NCBI GenBank assembly: GCA_044222065.1
Contig: JBGAOA010000030.1
Coordinates: 1 to 51,698, forward strand
Length of the DNA stretch: 51,698 nt
Source: Candidatus Eiseniibacteriota bacterium
Lineage (GTDB): Bacteria; Eisenbacteria; RBG-16-71-46
Direction of reading: 5' to 3'
The translations under genes were made by a program, and so were the position numbers. The notes beneath the pieces are model-generated. The model was given only the letters and a program-made list of their open reading frames with translations, was not told the origin of the DNA and did no database searches. Positions 10,310 through 18,564 of the stretch are shown here, in pieces. Numbering within the stretch: the first letter of the stretch is position 1; each line of letters opens with the position of its first letter.

Positions 10310-10313
10310 CCGC

Positions 10314-11015
10314 ATGCGGCTCCGGTTCCGGCTCGTCCCGCTCGCCCTCGTCGCGCTGACTTTCGCCGGAACTGCCGCCGCGCAGTCGAACGCGCGCGAG
10401 TGGGACGTGTGGATGGGGCCGCAGTTCGTCACGTCCCAGTCGCTCGGCGCGTTCCGCGGCGCGAGCCCGCACGTCGGCTTCGGCCCGGGTTTCGCCCTCA
10501 CGCTGCGGCACGAGCCGCAGCGCGTGGCGGCGCGCTTCGACATCGGGCTCGTGTCGCACGACGGGCGCAAGGAGACGGCGCTCACGGACGACGGCTTCGG
10601 CGGCCTCGAGTCGCACGAACTGCGCCCGCAGACGCGGCTGTCGTGGGCCGCGATCGGGGTGCAGTACGAGCGGCCGTGGGGCGACGGCGCGAACTACGCG
10701 TTCGCGTCCGTCGGTGTCGGCGGCACGCGCACCGAAGTGGACGCGTTCAACCAGGCGGCGGGCTACGATCCGCCGGGGCGCCCCGAGAGCAACCGCGGTC
10801 TCGCGTGGGCCGTGGGCGCGGGGATGCGGCGCCGCTTCGGCCGCGCGCGGACGGCCGCGTGGACCGTCGAGCTGGACTGGCGCCGTCGCGAGAACGCGCG
10901 CTACGTCGGCGTGCCGGCGTTCGGCACCGACGCGAACGGGTCCTGGTACAACACGGCCGAGAGCGAGATCACGACCGCGTCGCTGCGACTCGGCCTGATG
11001 TTCACGCGTCCGTGA
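10314..11015 (+). CDS. Outer-membrane beta-barrel-like protein
   Basis: Signal peptide (…AGTAAA-Q); alternating hydrophobic strands; C-terminal 'ASLRLGLMF'. Confidence 0.6.
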   Translation: MRLRFRLVPLALVALTFAGTAAAQSNAREWDVWMGPQFVTSQSLGAFRGASPHVGFGPGFALTLRHEPQRVAARFDIGLVSHDGRKETALTDDGFGGLESHELRPQTRLSWAAIGVQYERPWGDGANYAFASVGVGGTRTEVDAFNQAAGYDPPGRPESNRGLAWAVGAGMRRRFGRARTAAWTVELDWRRRENARYVGVPAFGTDANGSWYNTAESEITTASLRLGLMFTRP

Positions 11016-11644
11016 GCGCGCGCGCACGCGCGCGGCGCGGCGTCGAGAAGGCCTACGACCGCTCGTACTTCGACCGCTGGTACCGCGATCCGCGTTACGC
11101 CGTGGTGCATCGCGGCGTGCTCGCGCGCCGCGTGCAGCTCGCGATCGCGGCGACGGAGTACTTGCTCGAGCGGCCCCTGAAGAGCGTGCTCGACGTCGGC
11201 TGCGGCGAGGGCGTGTGGCGCGCGCTCGTGCTCGCCGCGCGTCCCGACGCGCGCTACGTCGGGGTGGATTCGAGCGAGTACGCGGTCGCGCGCTACGGCA
11301 AGTCGCGCGGACTCCGGCTCGGCTCGCTCGGCGGGCTCGCGCGCCTCCGGCTGCGCGGTCCGTTCGATCTCGTCGTGTGCTCGGACGTGCTGCACTACGT
11401 GAGCGCGGCCGAGGCGCTGAAGGGGCTGCGCGCGATCGAACGGCTGCTCGGCGGCGTCGCGTTCCTCGAACTGTTCACGAAAGAGGACGCGACGATCGGC
11501 GACGACGAGGGCTTCCAGCCGCGACCGGCGTCTGCGTACCGGCGGCTCTTCCGCGCGGCGCACCTCGTGCCGCTCGGCCTCCACTGCTACGCGGGCCGCC
11601 GTCTCGCGCCGCACCTCATCTCGTTCGAGCGCGGCGGGGGCTGA
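11012..11644 (+). CDS. Class I SAM-dependent methyltransferase
   Basis: GTG start overlapping upstream TGA; VLDVGCGEG motif I, GVDSS, FDLVVCSDVLHY. Confidence 0.85.
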   Translation: MSARARARRGVEKAYDRSYFDRWYRDPRYAVVHRGVLARRVQLAIAATEYLLERPLKSVLDVGCGEGVWRALVLAARPDARYVGVDSSEYAVARYGKSRGLRLGSLGGLARLRLRGPFDLVVCSDVLHYVSAAEALKGLRAIERLLGGVAFLELFTKEDATIGDDEGFQPRPASAYRRLFRAAHLVPLGLHCYAGRRLAPHLISFERGGG

Positions 11645-11666
11645 ACCCGCGCACGGCGCCCGCGGA

Positions 11667-12518
11667 CTACCGCGAGTCCGCGCCCGCGATCTTCGTGAGC
11701 AGCGTGCCCGCGTCGAGCGCCACGCCGGCGCGCACGCTGAGCGCGTCGGGGCCGGGGCGGCCGTCGGTCATCAGCTCCAGTTCGGCGAAGAGGCGCACGG
11801 GCCGGCGCGCGTCGAAGTTCGGCTTCGCCGCCGGCTTGCCCGCGGCCGTCGCCTCGGCGGCCGAGCCCGGCCACGCGCCGAGACCCATCATGACGAGCAT
11901 GCGCGCGCTCCAGCGGCTGGCGCCCCAGTCGTTGCCGAAGAGGTCGTTGTAGCCCGAGCCCACTTCCATCTCGCTGCCGTCGAATACGCCGCCGTCGCGC
12001 TCGAAGCCGAAGTGCACGCTCGAGGTCTGCAGGAAGTTCTCGCCCGAGGAGCGCGCGATCACGACGCCGCCTTCGTAGCGCAGGAACAGGTTCGCGCCCT
12101 TCGTGCCGTCCACCATTCCGAGCGGCAGCGAGAGCTGAAGTCCGCCGAGAACGTCCACCATCGGCGACTCCTCGGTGCGCGCGATCGCGGCGGGCAGTCC
12201 CGCGCCGTACACGAACACGCGCTCCGACGTCATCGCGCGGCCGAACACCGTCACCGAGGGACGCACGCCCTTCTGCAGCGGCAGGTCCATGACGCGGAAC
12301 GCGCACTCGCCGATGCCGACGGTGCTCGACGTGACGCTCAGGCCCAGGCTGTCGGCTTCGTGCGACTGGAAGCGCTCGGCCTGCCGCGCGAGGCGCACGT
12401 CGAACGAGAAGCGGTCTTCGGCGCCGGCGATTCCGGGCGCGAGCAGCGCCGCGGCGAGCGTGGCGAAGCCGGCGAGCGGACCCCGATGCCGTCCGAGGAA
12501 ACGGAGCGCGAGACGCAT
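11667..12518 (-). CDS. Hypothetical exported protein, possible outer-membrane beta-barrel
   Basis: GGAGGTG RBS before ATG 12518; signal peptide ending PGIAGA; beta-strand-like periodicity. Confidence 0.55.
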   Translation of the reverse strand: MRLALRFLGRHRGPLAGFATLAAALLAPGIAGAEDRFSFDVRLARQAERFQSHEADSLGLSVTSSTVGIGECAFRVMDLPLQKGVRPSVTVFGRAMTSERVFVYGAGLPAAIARTEESPMVDVLGGLQLSLPLGMVDGTKGANLFLRYEGGVVIARSSGENFLQTSSVHFGFERDGGVFDGSEMEVGSGYNDLFGNDWGASRWSARMLVMMGLGAWPGSAAEATAAGKPAAKPNFDARRPVRLFAELELMTDGRPGPDALSVRAGVALDAGTLLTKIAGADSR

Positions 12519-12678
12519 GGCACCTCCGGCGAGGAATGCGAGGACCCGCTGCGGCGCGGTTCGGGCCGCGCGGCGCGGGGGACTGGGAGCCTTCACCGGG
12601 AACGAGTCTCGGCCGCCCGGCGTCATTCCTGAGCGCCGGGGCGCACGGCGCGCGCGAGCTGCGCTATGTTCCGCGCCC

Positions 12679-13941
12679 ATGCTCGGATCCCCGTTCGGAC
12701 TTCGCGCGCTGCTGCGCGGCGCGCTCGCCGTCGTCCTGCCGCTCGCGGCGCTCGCCGTGCTCGCCGGGCGCATCCCCGGCGCGCGCGCCGGGGCGTTCGC
12801 GCCGGGGCCGCTGCGTCCGGTCGCCGTCGCGACCGCGCCGGACGCGCGCTTCGCCCGGCTCGAGGCCGACCCCGGACTCGGCGTCGTGATGTGCTGGTTC
12901 GAGGAACTCGAGCGCGGCGGGTTCGCCCTGCGCTTCGCCCACGGCGTCGGCCGCGAGTGCTCGGCGCCGACGACGATCGCCGCGGGGGATTCGTTCTTCG
13001 TCAACTGGGCCGACTTCCCGGCGCTGTGCTCGCTCGGCAACGGCACGCTCGCCGCCGTGTGGCCGTGGAAGACCGGCGCCGACGTGTACGCCTACGAGCT
13101 GCGCATCGCGTTCACGCGCGATCGCGGCGAGACGTGGAGCGCGCCGCTGCGCCTGCACGACGACGCGCGCGGCACCGAGCACGGCTTCGTGTCGCTCGTC
13201 CGCGAGGACGCGACGCACGTGCGCGCGGTGTGGCTCGACGGTCACAACCTGCTCCCCGGGGCCGAAGAGGGGAGCGCCGAGATGACGCTGCACTCGCGCG
13301 TCGCGGGCGCCGACGGCTCGCTCGGTGAAGAGTCCGAGCTCGACGCGCGCACGTGCGACTGCTGCCAGACCGCGCTCGTGAAGACCGGCGACGGACTGCT
13401 CGCGGCGTACCGGGATCGCGATCCGAAGGAGATCCGCGACATCGCGCTCGCGCGCTTCGAAGCCGGGCGCTGGACGGCGGGCCCGGGCGCACGCGCCGAC
13501 CGCTGGACGATGCCCGGCTGTCCCGTGAACGGGCCGGCGCTCGTCGCGCGCGGCCAGCGCGTCGCGCTCGTCTGGTACACCGAGGCGGACGAGACGCCGA
13601 GCGTGTGGATCGCGTTCTCGGACGATCGCGGTCGGCGCTTCGGCGAGCCCGTGCGCGTGGACGAGGGCGCGCCGCTCGGGCGGCTCGACGCCGAGATGCT
13701 CGACGACGGCTCCGCGCTCGTCACGTGGCTCGAGGGCGAGAAGGCGGTCGCGCGCGTGCTCGCGCGGCGCGTGACGCCGCGCGGCGAGCAAGGCGCGACG
13801 TTCGAGATCGGCGCGGCGAGCGGTGCGCGCGGCAGCGGCGTGCCGCAGGTCGCGCGCGACGGCCGCACGCTCGTCTTCGCGTGGACCGAGCCGGGTCCGC
13901 CGCACGCCTTGCACCTCGCGGCGAGCGACCTCGGCCGATAG
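12679..13941 (+). CDS. BNR/Asp-box (sialidase-like) beta-propeller protein
   Basis: Asp boxes TRDRGETWS and SDDRGRRFG; FVNWADFP, CDCCQT and GCPVNGP motifs; N-terminal hydrophobic segment. Confidence 0.8.
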   Translation: MLGSPFGLRALLRGALAVVLPLAALAVLAGRIPGARAGAFAPGPLRPVAVATAPDARFARLEADPGLGVVMCWFEELERGGFALRFAHGVGRECSAPTTIAAGDSFFVNWADFPALCSLGNGTLAAVWPWKTGADVYAYELRIAFTRDRGETWSAPLRLHDDARGTEHGFVSLVREDATHVRAVWLDGHNLLPGAEEGSAEMTLHSRVAGADGSLGEESELDARTCDCCQTALVKTGDGLLAAYRDRDPKEIRDIALARFEAGRWTAGPGARADRWTMPGCPVNGPALVARGQRVALVWYTEADETPSVWIAFSDDRGRRFGEPVRVDEGAPLGRLDAEMLDDGSALVTWLEGEKAVARVLARRVTPRGEQGATFEIGAASGARGSGVPQVARDGRTLVFAWTEPGPPHALHLAASDLGR

Positions 13942-14119
13942 TCGAGCGCGACCCTCCAGAACGGGTCCTCGCGCGGACGGGTTCCGCGACCGGTCCGAGC
14001 GTCGCCCGGTCGGTGCGCGGGGGCCGGGTTCTCGACGATCTTCGCATCGCCGTGTCACCGTTGCGGCCGAATTTGCGTTCTCCATGGACGAGCCGTCACT
14101 CACGAGAGGAGTGCAGACC

Positions 14120-16561
14120 ATGAAGCGCGTCCCCCGAATCGTCCTGATCTCCGCGCTGGCCCAGCTGATGGGCATCGTCGTGCTCGTTCCGCACGGCCAC
14201 GCCGCGTGGCCGCACGGTCCCTACGACTACCTCCCGCTCACGAACGACGGCGGCGGGTACTACCAGCTCACGCGCGCCGTGCCGGACGGCGCGGGGGGCG
14301 CGCTCGTCGCGTGGATCGACAACCGCACGGGCGCCGGGCAGATCTACGTGACCCGCGTGCTCACGGACGGCGTCGTCGCGCCCGGCTGGCCGGGCGGCGG
14401 ACTGCGCGTCGCGTCGACGAGCGCGTCGCAGAGCTCGCTCGACGTGATCTCCGACGGCGCGGGCGGCGCGTACCTGGCGTGGCTCGACTACCGCAACGGC
14501 GCGAACGCCGACGTGTACGTCACGCGCGTCACCGGCGCGGGCGCGATCGCGTCCGGATGGGCTTCGACGGGGAAGCGCATCACCACCTCGTCCGAGCAGG
14601 ATCTCAATCCCCTGCTCGCGAGCGACGGCGGCACCGGTTGCTTCGTCACGTGGGGGCACCAGCTCACGGGATTCGACTGGGACATCTACACCACGCGCCT
14701 CACCTCCGCGGGCGCGACGCATCCGTCGTTCACGCCCGGCGTGCTCAGCGTGTGCTACTCGAGCGGCATCCAGGACCTGTCCTCGGTCGCGGCCGACGGC
14801 GCCGGCAACCTGCTCGTCGCCTGGCGCGACGAGCGATTCGATCCGAACGGCGACGCGTACGTTCAGAAGGTGCGCGGCACCGGGACGATCGTCTGGACGC
14901 TCGACGGCGTGGGACCGGGCAACACGCCGCTCGGCGCCGAGGCCCCGCAGGTGTTCCCGATCGCGGGCGGCGGCGCCGGGTACGTGTTGCGCGTGCGCGA
15001 CACGAGCACGCTCGCGACCTGGGTCGAACGCGTCGGCGTGGCCCCCGACGGCTTCACGGCGGTTCGCAGCGCGCTCGGTCCGACCGGTCCCGTGTGGTAC
15101 CCGGTCGCCGTTCCCGACGGCAACAACGGCGCGTGGGTCGCGTTCGCGACCGTCTCGGAGAGCCTGTACGTGCAGCACCTCGAGCCTTCCTCCGCGCCGA
15201 CGTTTCCCGGCGCGGGCGTGCTCGCGAGCTGGGGCTTCGACATCGGGAACGTCGCGACGATGGCGCTCGACGGCGCGGGCGGCGTGTACGCGACGTGGGA
15301 GGACTACCGCAACGGCTCCTGCAACTCGTACGCGACGCGCGTGAGCCGCTTCGGCTCGCTGATCTTCCCGATGGGCGGCGCCCCGGTCGCGACGACGGGC
15401 GCGAACTCGTTCTGGCCGGCGGTCGTGAACGACCAGCGCGGCGGCGCGATCGTCGCGTGGCAGGACAACCGGCTCAATACGTGGCCGACTTCGAACTACC
15501 GCATCTTCGCGAACCGGCTCGACCCCTACGGCTACGTCGGCGAGTACGAACCGCGCATCACCTCGGTGCGCGACGTCGCCGCCGACCAGGGCGGCTGGGT
15601 CAAGGTGTCGTGGAGCGCTTCGCCGTTCGACGCGTTTCCCGTGACGCTGATCGGGCAGTACCGCCTGTGGCGCTCCGTGCCGGCGACGATCGCCGCCGCG
15701 CGCGTGGCGCGCGGGGCGCGGCGCATCGCGTTCGACGCGCCGCTTCCGGACGGGCCCGGAGCGGTGTTCGCGAGCGTGATCCGCGACGGCGTCGAGACGG
15801 CGTGGGAACTCGCCGCGACGCAGGTGCCTTCGTGGCTGCCCTCCTACAGCCTGACGGTGCCGACGACGACCGACTCGATGCCGGGCTCGAATCCGCCGAC
15901 GCTCTACATGGTGCAGGCGCTGAACGGTTCTTTCACGCAGTCGTGGTCGTCGGCGCCCGACAGCGGCTACTCCGTGGACAACCTCGCGCCGCCGACGCCG
16001 GCGCCGTTCACGGCGGCGTACGCGATCGGCACGACGACTCTCGCGTGGGGCGCGAGCGGAGCGGCGGATCTCTCGGGCTACCGGCTCTATCGCGGCAAGA
16101 GCCCCGGTTTCGTTCCGGGGCCGGGAAGCCTCGTGTCCGAGCAGGGGGGCACGGGCTTCGTGGACGCCGCCGGCTCGCCCTACTACTACAAGCTCGTCGC
16201 GGTGGACGCGCACGGGAACGCGAGCGCACCGGCGTTCGTGATGCCCGCGGGCACGGTCGGCGTCGAGGACGACGTGCCGGCGTTCGAGTTCGCCCTCGCG
16301 GGGGCGTGGCCGAACCCGGTGCGCGGCGAGTCGAGCGTGCGCTTCACGCTGCCGCGCGCGACGAACGCGCGTCTCGAAGTGCTCGACGTCGCGGGACGCC
16401 GCGTCGCGATGCTCGCGAACGGCCCGCTCGAGGCGGGCGAGCACACGCTTCGCTGGCCGGCCCGCGATGGGCGCGGGCGCGGGCTCGCGGCGGGGATCTA
16501 CGTCGTGCGGCTCGAAGCCGACGGGCGCGCGCTCGCGCGCCGGGTCGCCGTGATCGAGTGA
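14120..16561 (+). CDS. Secreted repeat (beta-propeller-like) protein with C-terminal FlgD-Ig/T9SS-like domain
   Basis: GAGGAG RBS; signal peptide; repeats of 'DGAGGA.VAW.D.R'; C-terminal WPNP...VLDVAGRRV...LAAGIYVVRL...RRVAVIE. Confidence 0.82.
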   Translation: MKRVPRIVLISALAQLMGIVVLVPHGHAAWPHGPYDYLPLTNDGGGYYQLTRAVPDGAGGALVAWIDNRTGAGQIYVTRVLTDGVVAPGWPGGGLRVASTSASQSSLDVISDGAGGAYLAWLDYRNGANADVYVTRVTGAGAIASGWASTGKRITTSSEQDLNPLLASDGGTGCFVTWGHQLTGFDWDIYTTRLTSAGATHPSFTPGVLSVCYSSGIQDLSSVAADGAGNLLVAWRDERFDPNGDAYVQKVRGTGTIVWTLDGVGPGNTPLGAEAPQVFPIAGGGAGYVLRVRDTSTLATWVERVGVAPDGFTAVRSALGPTGPVWYPVAVPDGNNGAWVAFATVSESLYVQHLEPSSAPTFPGAGVLASWGFDIGNVATMALDGAGGVYATWEDYRNGSCNSYATRVSRFGSLIFPMGGAPVATTGANSFWPAVVNDQRGGAIVAWQDNRLNTWPTSNYRIFANRLDPYGYVGEYEPRITSVRDVAADQGGWVKVSWSASPFDAFPVTLIGQYRLWRSVPATIAAARVARGARRIAFDAPLPDGPGAVFASVIRDGVETAWELAATQVPSWLPSYSLTVPTTTDSMPGSNPPTLYMVQALNGSFTQSWSSAPDSGYSVDNLAPPTPAPFTAAYAIGTTTLAWGASGAADLSGYRLYRGKSPGFVPGPGSLVSEQGGTGFVDAAGSPYYYKLVAVDAHGNASAPAFVMPAGTVGVEDDVPAFEFALAGAWPNPVRGESSVRFTLPRATNARLEVLDVAGRRVAMLANGPLEAGEHTLRWPARDGRGRGLAAGIYVVRLEADGRALARRVAVIE

Positions 16562-17515
16562 TCAGCCGCGCTTCGCGAACCGTTCTCTCGCCCACTCGAC
16601 CGTGAGGCGCGCGCCGTCGTCGGGCGGCGTGGGCGAGAGGCCGAAGCGTGCGCGGAAGCGCCGGTCGTCGAGCGCGTAGGGCGCGTCCCAGCCCGGCAGC
16701 ATCTCTTCGAGTTCGCGCAGCACCGGCACGAACAGGCCGGCGGCGCGGCGCGCGAGCGCTGGCATGCGCCGGATCCGGATCTCGCGGCCGAGCGCGTTCG
16801 AGAAACGCGCGACGAGCGCGCGCGTGGGCTCGGCCGTCGCGGTCGGGAGCGCCCACCAGCGGCCGCACGCGTCGTCGGGCGCTTCGCCGAGCGCCGCGAG
16901 CGCCGAGACGACGTCGAGCGTGAACGTGTACGCGTGCGGCGTGTCGGGGTTGATCAGCACCGGCCCCGAGCCCTTCGCGATCGCGTCCGGCCAGAACGAC
17001 GGGCCGAAGTGCGACGCCTCGCCGCCCGGACCGTAGAAGTCGGAGGCGCGCCCCACGACGACGCGCACGTCGCCGCGCGAGTGCGCCTCGAAGAACCGCC
17101 TCGCCACCGCCGCGCGGATCGCACCCTTCTTCGTCGTCGGCGCTTCGGGCGTGTCCTCCGAGATCGGGCCCCTCGGCACGCCGTGCATGTAGAGGTTGTC
17201 GAGCACGACGAGGCGCGCGCCGTTCGCCCGGCACGCGGCGACGAGGCTGTCGGCGAGCCGCGGCAGCTCGCGCGCCCACGTGCGCGCGTCGTAGGCCGGG
17301 TTCATGCAGTGGTAGACGACGGCGGCGTCGCGGCAGGCTTCGGTCGCGAAGCCCGGATCCATCGCGTCCCCGACGATCGTCGGCGGGTCCTGCTGCGCGC
17401 GGCCGGAGCGGCGGCGGACGACGCGGACCTCGCGCCCGCGCGAGGCGAGCAGGCGGGCGAGCGGCGTTCCGATCTGACCGGCGCCGAAGACGACGTGCAC
17501 GTTCGACGGACTCAT
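16562..17515 (-). CDS. NAD-dependent epimerase/dehydratase family protein
   Basis: AAGGGAG RBS; VVFGAGQIG Rossmann motif, LDNLYMHG, RASDFYGP. Confidence 0.85.
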   Translation of the reverse strand: MSPSNVHVVFGAGQIGTPLARLLASRGREVRVVRRRSGRAQQDPPTIVGDAMDPGFATEACRDAAVVYHCMNPAYDARTWARELPRLADSLVAACRANGARLVVLDNLYMHGVPRGPISEDTPEAPTTKKGAIRAAVARRFFEAHSRGDVRVVVGRASDFYGPGGEASHFGPSFWPDAIAKGSGPVLINPDTPHAYTFTLDVVSALAALGEAPDDACGRWWALPTATAEPTRALVARFSNALGREIRIRRMPALARRAAGLFVPVLRELEEMLPGWDAPYALDDRRFRARFGLSPTPPDDGARLTVEWARERFAKRG

Positions 17516-17724
17516 GCGGCCTCCCTTCGCGCGCACTCTACTCCTCGACGCGCCCGGATGAGGACGGACACGACCGTCGAATTCCGAGGTCGTCGGCGCG
17601 GTCTCCAACTATTTCTCGCGGACGATCGCAGCCCTGCTAGCGTCTGTGCACGCGGCTCGCGGAGCGGGGGTCTCCCGCTCGCGGAGCCGCGATCCCCCTC
17701 GGTCGGTTCGCCACGGAGGAAGTC

Positions 17725-18093
17725 ATGTCGAAGAAACCCCTCGTCGTGCTCGGAGTCGGAGTGATTCTGCTCGCGTGGGCCGGCCTCGCGGCCGCGTGCG
17801 AGACCTGCATCGGGAGCGCCTGCGTCGAAGTGGGGGACAGCGGGTATCAGATCTGCACCGCCAACGTGGATGGGAACGGCCTGTGCGTCACGAGCGCGCG
17901 TCAGTGCGGTGATGGCGACGGCGGTGGCGGCGATCCCGGTGGCGGCGGCGATCCCGGCGAGATCATTCGAACGGGCCGCTACCGCGCCGTGCGCGTGTCC
18001 TCGGGCGGCGCGGGGCGGATGACCTGGAGCGACGCGCTGTTCATCACGCGCACGCTCCATACGCTGACGGTGAAGTCGCTGCTCTATCGCTAG
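17725..18093 (+). CDS. Small secreted Cys-rich protein (122 aa) with Gly/GDP linker
   Basis: GGAGG RBS; signal peptide; six Cys in ~37 aa; GGGGDPGGGGDPG; own downstream hairpin. Confidence 0.7.
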   Translation: MSKKPLVVLGVGVILLAWAGLAAACETCIGSACVEVGDSGYQICTANVDGNGLCVTSARQCGDGDGGGGDPGGGGDPGEIIRTGRYRAVRVSSGGAGRMTWSDALFITRTLHTLTVKSLLYR

Positions 18094-18113
18094 AGCGGCC
18101 GGCGTCGCGCGAC

Positions 18114-18140
18114 CGCCCGGAGCCTCGTGCTCCGGGCGTT
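18114..18140 (+). terminator. Putative intrinsic terminator after small Cys-rich gene
   Basis: CGCCCGGAGC-ctcgt-GCTCCGGGCG followed by only TT. Confidence 0.5.
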
Positions 18141-18345
18141 CGCGCTTGTGCTCGCTAAGACCGGGCGCACCGCGCCCCCGGCGAAGTTCCTCGCGAGACG
18201 CACTCGCGGAGGCGTGGCAGCGCTCGCATGTCGGCGCGACAGCGGGTCGAAGTGTCACCCGCCCGCGCGCGGACGCTCGCCGGGTGATGTCGCGATGACG
18301 ACGCGAGATCGACGCGCGCGTGCGCGACCGCCCGCGCCGAAATTC

Positions 18346-18361
18346 GGGCACGGGCAGTGCT
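18346..18361 (+). promoter_or_regulatory. Candidate sigma54 (-24/-12) promoter
   Basis: GGGCACGGGCAGTGCT: GG(18347-48)-N10-GC(18359-60), GGCACG and TGCT match the sigma54 consensus; upstream of CDS 18565. Confidence 0.5.
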
Positions 18362-18564
18362 ATTCGATCGCGGCGGATCCGGATCGGTCCCCCTGCGCCC
18401 CCTCCTCACGCCACGACCTCCGCGGCGCCGCCCGACGCGATCCGTGAAGTACCCGGCACCCCGCCCCAGCGTGTGATGAGGCCGCGCGTCCCCGGCGGTC
18501 GAGAGCCGGGCTCGTGCCTCGGTGCAATGCCGAGGCGCCGCAACACGAGAGGAGGTGTGTCTCG

